64,000 bases of DNA from Polyangiaceae bacterium (GTDB taxonomy: Bacteria > Myxococcota_A > Polyangia > Polyangiales > Polyangiaceae), in NCBI GenBank assembly GCA_033763455.1, contig JANRKO010000039.1, forward strand, positions 96,001-160,000, written 5' to 3'. Within the stretch, counting starts at the first letter, position 1. Each line of letters begins with the position of its first letter. Positions 9,397-19,306 of the stretch are shown here, one piece after another. The notes beneath the pieces are model-generated. The model was not told where the DNA came from and searched no databases. It was given only the letters and a program-made list of their open reading frames with translations. The translations under genes and the position numbers were made by a program.

Positions 9397-11484
9397 TTAC
9401 CTTCCCGCAAGGTCGAATTGCTCAATGTGGTACTCACGGCGCGGCGTGAATTCGATACGTCGCATGTAGCGCCGCTCGGCATCCGCCACCGCATCCTTTT
9501 CTTCGGTGGTCATCAAATCCACGATCGCTGGGTGCGCATTGACCATCACCGAATACCCGGGGAGATCTTTTCGCTCTCTCCGAATTTGTCGCAAGATCTC
9601 GTAAGCAATGGTGGTGCGCGATTGGATCTGCCCCGTGCCATCGCAATAGAAGCATGGCTCGTGCATCATGCGGCTCAAGCTCTCGCGAGTGCGCTTGCGC
9701 GTCATCTCCAAAAGCCCGAGCTCGCTGATGCGGTTGATGGTTGTCTTGGCTTTGTCTTTAGCCAGCCGCTGCTCCAAAGCGCGCCAGACCTTCTCGCGAT
9801 TCGAAGACACATCCATGTCGATCAAATCCAAGATGACCAAGCCGCCAATGTTGCGGAAACGAAGCTGGTAAGCGATTTCCTCTACCGCTTCCAGGTTGGT
9901 CTTCAGGGCCGTTTCTTCGAGATCTTTGCTGCCTTTGCCGACGTATCGGCCGGTATTGACGTCGATAGCCGCCAACGCCTCCGCCTGATCGATGATCAGA
10001 TAGCCGCCACTCGGAAGCGGCACTTTGCGGCTCAGCGCGCGGCTGATCTCATCTTCAATCCCGTAGGCGTCGAAGAGGGGCTCCTCGCCTGAATACAGCT
10101 CAATGTCATTCGCTCGGTGCGGCATGAACACTTCAACAAAGCGCTTGAGCTTCGCGAACTGCTCCTTGTCGTCAATGACAAGCTTTTCGATGTCGTCCGT
10201 GAACAGATCGCGCGCCGTCTTGAGCGCCAAATCCAATTCGCTGTGGAGCAACATGGGTGCTTTGGCCGTTTCCTTGCGTTTTGAAACTTCGCCCCAGAGC
10301 TGGATGAGGTAGCCAATGTCGGTCTTGAGGGCTTTTTTGGTGAGCCCAGAGGCTACGGTGCGCACGATCAAGCCTCCGCTTGGGGGCTTCATCTTTTCAA
10401 TCACGGCACGCAGGCGTTCGCGTTCTTTCGCCGAGCCGATGCGGCGTGAAATTCCAACATGTTCAACCGTGGGCAGGTAAACCGCGTAGCGGCCAGGCAG
10501 GGACACATGGCTCGTAACGCGGGCGCCCTTGGTTCCGATCGGCTCCTTGGACACCTGCACAATGACTTGGTCCCCTTCCTTCACCACCTCGGTAATTGGA
10601 ACGGAACGCGCACTACGCAGACGGCCCTTGCTGTGACCATTTTGACGGCCGCGCAGGCCCTTTGAGCCCTGCGGGGAAGAGGTTGGAGCGGGACCCGAAG
10701 AAGTCCGGTTGCCTCCAGAGCGAGCCTCTGCAGGCCGCGCCGTGGCCGGCCCTCCGCCTCCTGAACGCCGACGCCTACGTCGACCTCGACGGCGGGCTCC
10801 CTCGTGAGCCACGTCTTCCTCTTCTTCCTCTTCTTCCGCCTTTTCGTCGGCTTCCACCTCAAGAGGATCTTCGTCCTCGGAGGCGCCATGCGCCCCTGAA
10901 TCCTCAGCCTCCGAATCCTCGGCATCCGCACCGGTGCGCTCCGACGCAGCAGTGCCCTCGGAATCTACGATGAGCTCTTCGTCATCATCATCGTCGTCGT
11001 CCGATACATCGTCGTCAGTTTCATCATCCTCAGCTTCATCACCGTCGGCCTCGTCGTCGCCAGCTTCGTCGCCGTCGTCGTCGGTCCCCTCCTCGGAATC
11101 GACCTCGTCGTCCTCACCGTCGTCGCCTTCTTCGTCATCGTCATCCTCTTCACCCTCGGGTCGGTCGGCCCAACGGGTGCGCTTACCGCCTTCGCCTTTG
11201 CCCGAAGGATCTTCGTGGGGGTGTGACTTCGACAGATAAGCCTCGAAATCGTCAGGCTTGATCAAATCTTCTACGTGCAGAAACGCCGCGCGCTCCTGCC
11301 CAATGTCGATGAAGGCAGCCTGCATGCCTGGCAACACTCGCGTCACCCGGCCGAGGACGATGTCACCCACAGTGCTTCTTGATTTGGCTCGCTCTAGGTG
11401 CAGCTCTGAAATGACGCCGTCTTCAATGAGAGCGACGCGTGTCTCGCGAAAATCGCAATTGATAACCAGAAGGTTTTTGCCCAT
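9397..11484 (-). CDS. rng: Ribonuclease E/G family (Rne/Rng) with a large acidic insertion in the S1 domain
   Basis: RVLPGMQAAFIDIG, VQVSKEPIGTKGAR, IDVNTG, DLIDM and CFYCDGTG motifs. Start probably MGKNLLVIN at 11484. Confidence 0.9.
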   Translation of the reverse strand: MGKNLLVINCDFRETRVALIEDGVISELHLERAKSRSTVGDIVLGRVTRVLPGMQAAFIDIGQERAAFLHVEDLIKPDDFEAYLSKSHPHEDPSGKGEGGKRTRWADRPEGEEDDDDEEGDDGEDDEVDSEEGTDDDGDEAGDDEADGDEAEDDETDDDVSDDDDDDDEELIVDSEGTAASERTGADAEDSEAEDSGAHGASEDEDPLEVEADEKAEEEEEEEDVAHEGARRRGRRRRRRSGGGGPATARPAEARSGGNRTSSGPAPTSSPQGSKGLRGRQNGHSKGRLRSARSVPITEVVKEGDQVIVQVSKEPIGTKGARVTSHVSLPGRYAVYLPTVEHVGISRRIGSAKERERLRAVIEKMKPPSGGLIVRTVASGLTKKALKTDIGYLIQLWGEVSKRKETAKAPMLLHSELDLALKTARDLFTDDIEKLVIDDKEQFAKLKRFVEVFMPHRANDIELYSGEEPLFDAYGIEDEISRALSRKVPLPSGGYLIIDQAEALAAIDVNTGRYVGKGSKDLEETALKTNLEAVEEIAYQLRFRNIGGLVILDLIDMDVSSNREKVWRALEQRLAKDKAKTTINRISELGLLEMTRKRTRESLSRMMHEPCFYCDGTGQIQSRTTIAYEILRQIRRERKDLPGYSVMVNAHPAIVDLMTTEEKDAVADAERRYMRRIEFTPRREYHIEQFDLAGR

Positions 11485-11891
11485 GTGCTTGTTGGGGGCG
11501 AGCCAGTGTCCGTGTTGGGCCGCGGTTCGGACAAAGTTGGCCGCCCTTCCTCGTACACGTTCGAGCTTTCCGCCCAACGTGAATGGTCGTGCCGGAGGGC
11601 GTGCGGGGCCAGGCAATAGCCAAGCCTCTCCGCGGTGCGCCCGCGCTCCAGGATTAAATGTATGCTTGGCGGCCGAACAGCCACGCGACTTCGGGGGGCG
11701 CTAGATAGAGCGCACCCTTCTTGACAATGCCCGAAGGTGCTCGACGCGTTGACCGCCATTTGAACCTCAGGCGAGGTCATCACGACCGTGCCAAGGGTGT
11801 CAAGGAAGACCGGAATTTGGCTCGACCCCACCTCAAATAACCCGCAATTGGAGTAGCGGCGGCCACGAAGCTGATAGGCTCCCGGCCCTAG

Positions 11892-12605
11892 ATGAACCAC
11901 CCCTTTCTCGTTCTGGACATCGAGACGATCCTCGATCCCGAGCTTCCCATCGCCGAAACAAGCGATGTGGAACGGCTCCCCTCCCCACCACACCATAAGA
12001 TCGTCGCCATCGGCGCGCTGTGGCTCGACGCCAACTACACGATTCGGCGGCTGGGGATCGTGAGTGAGGAAAAGGAGGAAGCGGGCCTGCTCGAAGACTT
12101 CTCCAAATTGATCCTGGAACGTAACCCAACGCTCGTTACCTATAACGGCCGCGGCTTTGACCTACCCGTTATTGCCAACCGCTGCCTGCGGCACGGCATC
12201 CCGCTGAGCCAATATTACCAGTCGCGCGACATACGCTACCGGTTTTCGCCCGAAGGCCACTTGGATCTCATGGATTATGTCTCCGACTACGGCGCCTCCA
12301 AACCCAGCCGCCTCGATGTGGTTGCCAAGATCTGCGGCATGCCCGGCAAGGTAGGCGTGGATGGCAAAGATGTGGGACCACTGGTGCACGCGGGGCGCAT
12401 CGCGGAGGTCAGAAATTACTGCTTGTGCGATGTCGTGCAAACAACCGGGGTCTTCTTGCGTGTACAGCTCTTGCGGGGAGTGCTCGATCGCGCAGCCTAC
12501 CTCACGGCAATGCAGGGGCTTATTGACTTTATCGACGCTGACGAGCGCCTGGTGCCAGTGGCCTCGGCCCTCAATCGGCCACGCTTGATGTTAACTGGTG
12601 GATGA
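11892..12605 (+). CDS. Predicted DEDD 3'-5' exonuclease (PolB-exonuclease-like)
   Basis: LDIET, YNGRGFDLP, HLDLMD and YCLCD motifs. Confidence 0.85.
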   Translation: MNHPFLVLDIETILDPELPIAETSDVERLPSPPHHKIVAIGALWLDANYTIRRLGIVSEEKEEAGLLEDFSKLILERNPTLVTYNGRGFDLPVIANRCLRHGIPLSQYYQSRDIRYRFSPEGHLDLMDYVSDYGASKPSRLDVVAKICGMPGKVGVDGKDVGPLVHAGRIAEVRNYCLCDVVQTTGVFLRVQLLRGVLDRAAYLTAMQGLIDFIDADERLVPVASALNRPRLMLTGG

Positions 12606-12648
12606 CATTTAAGCTACTCGGTTTCGATCTTTAGAATCTTAGACTGCC

Positions 12649-13848
12649 ATGACGATGCGTATATTGATTCCAACCAGCACCTTTCCCCTAGAGCTGAGCG
12701 GAGGATGGCGCCGATTCGTTTACGACTTGGCAGCAGCACTAGCCAAGAAGGCCGAAGTCACCGTACTTGCCCCCGGCGCTCCAGGAGCCAGTGACCGTGA
12801 GAGGATGGGACCGGTAGATGTGCGGCGCTTTTCGTACTTCTGGCCAAAAAGTCGCCAGTGTTTAGCCTATGGCACCAGCATGGTGGATTCGATGCGCGAA
12901 TCTGGGTGGGCCAAGGCGCAGGTTCCCACGTTTCTTATGGCGCAAGCGCACGCCATTCGGCGCCTTGTTGCGACCGAACACTTCGATGTGGTGAACAGCC
13001 ACTGGATGGTGCCTCAGGGCTTGAGCGTCGCCGCGGCTAGCTTCTTAACTCGCCCATTCAAGCACGTCCTCAGCATTCACGCAGGCGACGTGTACCTGCT
13101 CAACAAGGTGCCGCAGGGCCGAAATCTCGCCAAGTTCATCATGAGCCGCACAGACGCCGTCTTCGCGGATGGCAGCCACGTTCGAGACACTTTAGACAAA
13201 CTGACTGGCACGCCTTCGAACGGTATCTTGCAACCCATGGGAGCGCACGTGGAACTTTTCAGAAATGCGCTTCCCATGCAGAGCCCATTCCCCCAGGGAT
13301 ATCTGCTGTTCTTCGGGCGTTTCGCCGAAAAAAAAGGCATCACCTACCTCCTGCAGGCTTTACCCAAGGTGCTCAAGGAATGGCCAGGCCTGGGCCTCAT
13401 TCTGATCGGCTATGGCACTTTGGAGAGCGCACTAAAAGCAGAAGCCGAGGCGCTCGGGCTCGCAGGCGCGGTCGAGTTTGTCGGCGCAAAAGATCACTCG
13501 GAGATTTGTCGCTATCTTCATGGGTGTAGGCTCGCCGTCGTGCCATCCATTATCGACAGCCGCGGAGAAACCGAAGGCATGCCGACCGTTGTGATCGAGG
13601 CTATGGCCGCGGGCGTGCCTGTGGTGGGCTCGAATGTCGACGGAATTCCAGATGTGATCTCTGACCGAGTGAACGGGTGGCTCTGCCGAGAGAAAGATCC
13701 TGCTGATTTGGCCGCAAAGATCCTTGTAGCCTTATCTAATCCGGATGCTGAAGCTTTCCGCAAAAATGCACTAGAAACCGCCCAACACCATGACTGGGAT
13801 CAGGTTGCCGATAGGTACCTTGAAGTGTTTGAGCGCCTCCTACGCTGA
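12649..13848 (+). CDS. Glycosyltransferase family 4 (GT-B)
   Basis: FFGRFAEKKG and ETEGMPTVVIEAMAAG (EX7E) motifs. Confidence 0.92.
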   Translation: MTMRILIPTSTFPLELSGGWRRFVYDLAAALAKKAEVTVLAPGAPGASDRERMGPVDVRRFSYFWPKSRQCLAYGTSMVDSMRESGWAKAQVPTFLMAQAHAIRRLVATEHFDVVNSHWMVPQGLSVAAASFLTRPFKHVLSIHAGDVYLLNKVPQGRNLAKFIMSRTDAVFADGSHVRDTLDKLTGTPSNGILQPMGAHVELFRNALPMQSPFPQGYLLFFGRFAEKKGITYLLQALPKVLKEWPGLGLILIGYGTLESALKAEAEALGLAGAVEFVGAKDHSEICRYLHGCRLAVVPSIIDSRGETEGMPTVVIEAMAAGVPVVGSNVDGIPDVISDRVNGWLCREKDPADLAAKILVALSNPDAEAFRKNALETAQHHDWDQVADRYLEVFERLLR

Positions 13849-13928
13849 CACGCTCCAGCTATTGCCGAACGCGCCGAGGGAATTCGAAGCGCGTGATGGC
13901 GCACTCCGCAACTACACGCATTCGCTAC

Positions 13929-14684
13929 TTACGCCAAGCGCACCGGTTTGCGAGCAGCTAACAGATAACCCAACGGGAACTTTTCTTGGGTGGTCTTGCT
14001 ATCGATCCAAATAGCGGGCTTGCTCACCAACCACTTGTTCAGCTGAAGCACCATCTGATTCAAACCAGATACGTGCCAGGTGGTGCCCGATGTGAGCAGC
14101 GAAACCTGGTGACCCAAAAAGGAAAACAGGCCGCCGATGGGAGCTACCTCCAACACTTCGAACCCGGCTTGCTCAAACAGATGTCGCAACCCATATTGGG
14201 TGAACCTGTAATAGTCGTGGGGCTCCTCGTGCAGGCGGCTTAGATGCGGCACACTGATGAGTGCAACGCCCCCAGGCGCCAAAATCCTGAAGATTTCGGC
14301 CAGCGCTTTACGGGAATCCGGAATGTGCTCCAGCACCTCGAGTGCCATCACCGTATCAAAGCTTTCCGAACCAATAACGCCGCTCAGATCCTGCAGATCA
14401 CCGATGAAATCTATGTTCTCCGTGCGCCGCTCGATGTCTAACGTCTGATACGTGTCTACAGCTGCTGAAAGTGCCTCTCGGAGCGGCACCGTCCCCGCAC
14501 CCACATCCAACAAGCGCCCTTGCGCAAAGCGCCGAAGGAACGGCAACACCTGTTCACGCTGCAGCGCCACCACAGGCGAAAACCACCCCACCTCGGGATC
14601 ATCAGTGAGCGCCAAGCCAAGCTCACGGCGGTTGTCCGCAATCAGGTGCTTGAGGCGTGATGCCGTACTTTTGAGTGGCCCCAT
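13929..14684 (-). CDS. Class I SAM-dependent methyltransferase
   Basis: LLDVGAG, EVLEH, LAPGG and HEEPHDYYRFT motifs. Confidence 0.9.
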   Translation of the reverse strand: MGPLKSTASRLKHLIADNRRELGLALTDDPEVGWFSPVVALQREQVLPFLRRFAQGRLLDVGAGTVPLREALSAAVDTYQTLDIERRTENIDFIGDLQDLSGVIGSESFDTVMALEVLEHIPDSRKALAEIFRILAPGGVALISVPHLSRLHEEPHDYYRFTQYGLRHLFEQAGFEVLEVAPIGGLFSFLGHQVSLLTSGTTWHVSGLNQMVLQLNKWLVSKPAIWIDSKTTQEKFPLGYLLAARKPVRLA

Positions 14685-14770
14685 CGGGCTCGCACCCTAC
14701 TCAGCAGCGGATGCCAGCGAAAGAGCGAAGCGCGTGATCCTGCTGTATGGCGTGATCGGGTGCGTAAGCG

Positions 14771-16195
14771 CTACGCCATTATTTCGGGCAACGGGCCATT
14801 GATGGGCTCGTGGCCCCCTTTGCCAAACTCGTTCGGCTGAACCTCGCCCATGGGTCGCGGGCCCAGGCCAAAACCGACGGCCAGGCTGGAATACAGATCC
14901 GCCAAGGCTTTAGAGCCGTTCGAACCCTTGGCGGGCCAACGCAAGAACCTGCCATCAGCCTTGATGCCGCCGCCAGCATTGCCAACCAGAACCAGCGGCC
15001 AACGATGGTGCCCGGCGTGATGCTGCTCGCCGTTGTCGCTGCCGAACACAGTAAGGCTGTTGTCGTAAAGGTTCTTCCCGCTCGGCAGCGCGACCTTCTT
15101 CATGTCTTCGATCGACTTGGCGATCAGCCCCGCGAGCCATGCATGGATAATCGCAAGCACGTCCCCTTGCAATTGATCTGCCTCATGACCCACCCCGCTA
15201 ATGCCTGACATCAATTGCTGCTCGAAGTTGGTGCCGGCCAAAAGCTTGGTGACCTCCGGCATGGTGTCGTGCGAGAAGCCGCTTCCCACATCTATGCCCA
15301 TCACATTGCTAATGCCGCACGTGATGCCAAGCGAGCCAATGGCGTGCAGGGATTCCAATGCACTCACAGGCTCTCGCTGACCGTTGTCCACCGCGGGCGC
15401 CGTGGGTGCCGTGCACTGGATGCCGCCGAGCGCTTGCTCGCGTTTCTCAAACTCCTCCATTGCAGCCAAATAGGCCTGCAACTTGCCCTTTTCTTCGACC
15501 CCAAAATTGGCCTCCAGACGCGTGATGTCGTCTTTCAAGCTATCGAAAAGGACGCGGCCCTTGGCGGTGGAGGCCGCGCTTGCCATGGCCTGGCCAAACA
15601 AATTCTGGAACAACACGTACGGGCTCTGAATGGCTGGCTCAGGCCTATTGCGACCCGCCGCAAAGAGTGCAGCGCGTTGGGCTTCAGGCCGCGTGGAAGA
15701 CCCAATGAGAATCGACTTGCGGGGGCAGCCCAGGCTCAACGTCTCAGCTAAGTATTGATCGATCGTGATACCCCCGGGCATCGCATCGCCAGGCCCGTCT
15801 CCAGGCGGCATGCAACTCAACGACATGTACATCATGCCATGCCCGCCATCCACCGAAGGCACTTTGGACTGATTCGGGAGCCCATCCACCATGAGCAGGC
15901 GATCCCGATAGGGCTCGAGCGGCTTGAAGGACCGCGGCATTGTGAACGTCTTGTTGTTGCCGAGGTTGAGCGTGGGCATCACCACGGCTGAATCCCCACC
16001 TTCCTTGAACTCAGGAGGCGGGAAGATGTACTGCCAATGAAAGCCATTGGCGACAAACAGGAATATGGCCACCTTGCGCTCAGTGGCTTGCCCTTGAGCC
16101 TCCCCAATCAGGGAATTGGCAATCGGATAGAGCAGGCTTGCGCCCATTCCCAAACCTAGCTTCTCAACGAACGACCTACGGCTGAAGTTGACCAT
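14771..16195 (-). CDS. DUF1552 family protein (copy 1)
   Basis: Twin-Arg N-terminus (SRRSFV), TIDQYLA, SPYVLFQNLF, LYDNSL..SDNG..HH; paired with an upstream DUF1592 gene. Confidence 0.85.
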   Translation of the reverse strand: MVNFSRRSFVEKLGLGMGASLLYPIANSLIGEAQGQATERKVAIFLFVANGFHWQYIFPPPEFKEGGDSAVVMPTLNLGNNKTFTMPRSFKPLEPYRDRLLMVDGLPNQSKVPSVDGGHGMMYMSLSCMPPGDGPGDAMPGGITIDQYLAETLSLGCPRKSILIGSSTRPEAQRAALFAAGRNRPEPAIQSPYVLFQNLFGQAMASAASTAKGRVLFDSLKDDITRLEANFGVEEKGKLQAYLAAMEEFEKREQALGGIQCTAPTAPAVDNGQREPVSALESLHAIGSLGITCGISNVMGIDVGSGFSHDTMPEVTKLLAGTNFEQQLMSGISGVGHEADQLQGDVLAIIHAWLAGLIAKSIEDMKKVALPSGKNLYDNSLTVFGSDNGEQHHAGHHRWPLVLVGNAGGGIKADGRFLRWPAKGSNGSKALADLYSSLAVGFGLGPRPMGEVQPNEFGKGGHEPINGPLPEIMA

Positions 16196-16204
16196 GGTGT
16201 CTCC

Positions 16205-18091
16205 TTAGAAGCTCCGGTTCATAAAGGAATCCGACGTGTAAAGCGCCGTGATGTAGTCAACGAAGTTGCCGCCGGCATCTGCATAGGCCTTCTGTGCATT
16301 GAGCACTGTGCACTGATCGTATTCATCTTCCTCGCGGCCCAACATGTAACGAAAGCCGTTCCGCAAAAAGCACGTTTCGACCGTCTTGGATCTGGAGAGC
16401 AACTGCGAGAGCTCTACGGCGCCGTTGAAGGTTCCATCTGCATCGCCCACGCCAGTGATTGAGCCCATCGCATCAATGGGCTTATTGCTTTCGGGCATGG
16501 TGGTGCGATACGCACCCAGTGTGTCGTAGGTTTCGAAGGCTAACCCAATCGGATCCATCAGCGAATGGCACGCCCCGCAGCCGGGCGTTGCAGAGTGCAC
16601 CGCCAGCTTTTCACGCATGGTGGCGTTCTCGATCTCCGGCAATTTTGGCACGGTGCCAAGCGGAACCGGAGGTACGTCCCGGCACAAAAAGCGCTCATTC
16701 ACGAAGCGCCCTCGCCGCACGGGCAAGGTGTCATCCAAGGTGCCGTAACCGGCCAAAAAGGCCGGGTGCGTGAGCAGCCCGGAGCGTTCTGTGGCAGGCG
16801 CCAGCACACGCAGGGGTGTTGGGGGATCAGGATCTGCCGTTTGGGTAATGCCCATGAAGCCGTAGACCGGCGAGGTAGCGCAGTCTGAATACTCCACGTT
16901 GCTGGTGAGCAGAGCCTTGAAAAAGTCCGTCGTGGAGTTGGTGGACCAAATATCATCCACAACCTTTAGGGCTTCGTTCACCACGCGCATCTTTTGGTAC
17001 TCGCAGCCAGAAAATTTATCCGCGGCTTTGCGCACATCTAAAAGGTGCTGAAGGTCGAAGTACTCCATCACAAAGTCCCGAGGGCCACGGCCAACAGGCG
17101 TTGCCAAGAGCCGCACCACTTGGGCCTTCACCTGCGCGGGGGTGGCAAGCGCTCCGGTGGTGGCCGCCGTCCAAAGCTCGTTGTCCGGTGGGTGAGCCGT
17201 AAGCGTGTAGCTCAACGAACTCGCCACTTCATACGGGGTGAGGCGGCTGACCGCGGGGCTCACGGCGGCGCCGCCAATCTCCGGTTGGAAAACAAATTGC
17301 GGAGCTATCAGCATGGCTTGAAAGGCGAGCGCAAGCGCTTCATCTTTGCCCATCGCCATGGCGTTTGTTTTGGCGATGTTTCCGTATTTGGTGACCTCAG
17401 CGGCATCGAGCGGGCGGCGAAACAAGAGCGAGCCCTTATCCTGGATCAGTGTATCCACGCAGGTTTCAAACGCAGCTCCACCGCTATTGGTGCCCCAACA
17501 GGTACCCGTCTTCACCGCCTCCAATAGGGCCTGGCTCGTGTAGGCCGTGGACGTCATGCTCAGCCGAAACTCGTAGTCGTTCACGCTGATGGTGGAAGCT
17601 GTGGTGCTGTAGCGATAAACACCGTGCGTTTTGTCTTCAAGTGGAACGGTGACGTTGTTGGGGAGACAAACGGGCCCCTGATCCGCAAAGTTGAATTCTC
17701 CCGGGCACGTTTTGCGAGGTGGGTCATTGCCAGCGCGGCGCCCATTGATGAGATCCGAAATCGTATTACCGTATTGCTCTGGAGTTAACCTCGATAGGCG
17801 CCGCGGATAGGGAGGGGAGGAAACAGCGTCGCAGCTCGGAGCATTGAAGGGCTTCCGCATGATGCCGGGATTCGGATTTGGGGGCGGAGGCGGTGGGAGC
17901 GGTGGCATCATCATCATGCCACCGGTGCCCTCGACGACCGTACCCGGAGCACCGCCGGTTCCGGTTACCGAGCTCGTGCCGGTTGTGGTGGGCAAAGGCG
18001 CCGCACCGCCGTCAGGACGACCGCCGTTCGAATTCGAACAGCCGACCGCCGCGACGGTGGCGAGCAAGAAAGGAATGCCATGGAAGCGCAT
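16205..18091 (-). CDS. DUF1592/DUF1588/DUF1595 domain lipoprotein with CxxCH (copy 1)
   Basis: Lipobox AVGC, RLTPEQYGNT, FRRPL, PPDNEL, PVRRG and CGACHSLMDPIGLAFE. Confidence 0.88.
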   Translation of the reverse strand: MRFHGIPFLLATVAAVGCSNSNGGRPDGGAAPLPTTTGTSSVTGTGGAPGTVVEGTGGMMMMPPLPPPPPPNPNPGIMRKPFNAPSCDAVSSPPYPRRLSRLTPEQYGNTISDLINGRRAGNDPPRKTCPGEFNFADQGPVCLPNNVTVPLEDKTHGVYRYSTTASTISVNDYEFRLSMTSTAYTSQALLEAVKTGTCWGTNSGGAAFETCVDTLIQDKGSLLFRRPLDAAEVTKYGNIAKTNAMAMGKDEALALAFQAMLIAPQFVFQPEIGGAAVSPAVSRLTPYEVASSLSYTLTAHPPDNELWTAATTGALATPAQVKAQVVRLLATPVGRGPRDFVMEYFDLQHLLDVRKAADKFSGCEYQKMRVVNEALKVVDDIWSTNSTTDFFKALLTSNVEYSDCATSPVYGFMGITQTADPDPPTPLRVLAPATERSGLLTHPAFLAGYGTLDDTLPVRRGRFVNERFLCRDVPPVPLGTVPKLPEIENATMREKLAVHSATPGCGACHSLMDPIGLAFETYDTLGAYRTTMPESNKPIDAMGSITGVGDADGTFNGAVELSQLLSRSKTVETCFLRNGFRYMLGREEDEYDQCTVLNAQKAYADAGGNFVDYITALYTSDSFMNRSF

Positions 18092-18424
18092 GAAACACCG
18101 TCTCCGTTTTGCGCTGGAGGTAGGTGGTGACCTCCGCGCTGTTCAGATCATGCCACCAGGCGCCTGCAGGAAGATCCCTATTTTTAGATCGTGTGCACTT
18201 TTACGGCGCCCCATGCCCTTCGGTGCGGCATTTTTAGTCCGAAGCCAGAATAGTGCTCATCCACTGGAAACTCGCGCAAGTCCTGGTTCATTGCGGTACC
18301 AGCGCGGCACGGAGCGCTGGCTTGGTACTTTCGTTCGTGCAGGAGGTGCTTAGCATGACAAGCATCTCTGGCGGACGCAAAAACGGCTGCCTACTGCCAG
18401 CAACCAACTGGGAGCACACCCCTA

Positions 18425-18471
18425 ACTTACGGGGACTTTGGCGCGTCTACTTACGGGGACTTTGGCGCGTC
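18425..18471. repeat. 23-bp direct repeat x2 (24-bp period) duplicating the 3' end of the TPR gene
   Basis: ACTTACGGGGACTTTGGCGCGTC at 18425-18447 and 18449-18471. Confidence 0.9.
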
Positions 18472-19092
18472 CGGCTGCTGGAGGCGCTTCTCATTTCGCT
18501 CACGCACCTGAGCGCTTTGCTGAGAAAGTTGCACCCATTCCGTGATCCGCTTCAGCCGCTCATCTGCCGTGCCGGGGAAGCCATGGGCGGCGGGGTTCGC
18601 GGCAACAAACTCAGCGTACTTCTTCCAGCGTAGAAGTGCTTCATCGGACGCACGTTGACGCTCGGCTAGGTCCGCCAAAACAAACATGAGCTTTGCACGC
18701 AACACCGGGTTAGCTTCTGAAAAACGAGCGCCGGCGTCATAGGCAGCTTGGCCTTCGGCGAGATCGCCTTTGGCAACCTGGGCCTGGCCCATGCGGTAGT
18801 GGCCGAGAGGATTTTTAGGATCTTGAGTAATGGCGGCGCGATAAGCCGAAATCGCCGCGTCGAAATCACGTGCCAGATACGCGCTGTCACCTTGGATCAA
18901 GAGCTCCCAAAATGGACTCATGCCTTTTTGACCGGCAGGATCCTTTCGGACTACTTGGGCTGCCGCTGGCGCGGGACTCGCCGGAGGTGCACTCGCGTTC
19001 CCTGGGGCCCCTCCCTCTGCCTGAGCTCCTGCAGCAGCGGAAACTAACGAGACCAGGGCGGCTCCCGCCATGGCGATGCGATGCGCGTTCAT
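18451..19092 (-). CDS. Secreted TPR protein
   Basis: Signal peptide MNAHRIAMAGAALVSLVSAAAGAQA (ATG 19092); TPR GDSAYLARDFDAAISAYRAAITQDPKNPLGHYRMG. Confidence 0.8.
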   Translation of the reverse strand: MNAHRIAMAGAALVSLVSAAAGAQAEGGAPGNASAPPASPAPAAAQVVRKDPAGQKGMSPFWELLIQGDSAYLARDFDAAISAYRAAITQDPKNPLGHYRMGQAQVAKGDLAEGQAAYDAGARFSEANPVLRAKLMFVLADLAERQRASDEALLRWKKYAEFVAANPAAHGFPGTADERLKRITEWVQLSQQSAQVRERNEKRLQQPDAPKSP

Positions 19093-19209
19093 GCGCTGCA
19101 GGTTAACAGAGCCGCGGTCACTTGGTCCAAGAGAACGATGGGGTGGGGCCACTGGACCCCAGAAATAGTGAGCAATACGCAGAACTACCCGCTGCACTTA
19201 GGTAAAAGT

Positions 19210-19247
19210 TGGGGATATCCACAAGTTTGGGGATGAGCTGTGGATAA
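19210..19247. promoter_or_regulatory. Cluster of DnaA-box-like sequences in a divergent promoter region
   Basis: TGTGGATAA at 19239-19247 (perfect TTATCCACA on minus), ATATCCACA at 19215-19223, and weaker TGGGGATAT (19210) and TGGGGATGA (19228). Confidence 0.55.
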
Positions 19248-19306
19248 GATGCGGCCCAAACCGGCAACGAGCGAGTGGGTGCCTTTTGCGCGCGCATGTT
19301 TCTAGG

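Noticed and set aside
10934..11239. Poly-Ser ORF
   Set aside because: Antisense reading of the Asp/Glu tract of RNase E/G.
7080..14684. A coherent polysaccharide biosynthesis cluster (GT-C, GT4, methyltransferase)
   Set aside because: The genes are on different strands and interleaved with core genes; no flippase, polymerase or nucleotide-sugar genes are present.
18425..18471. Possible mini CRISPR array
   Set aside because: Only two copies with a 1-nt gap, and no cas genes in the window.
19200..19260. Replication origin
   Set aside because: Too few boxes, no AT-rich unwinding element and no dnaA/dnaN context.
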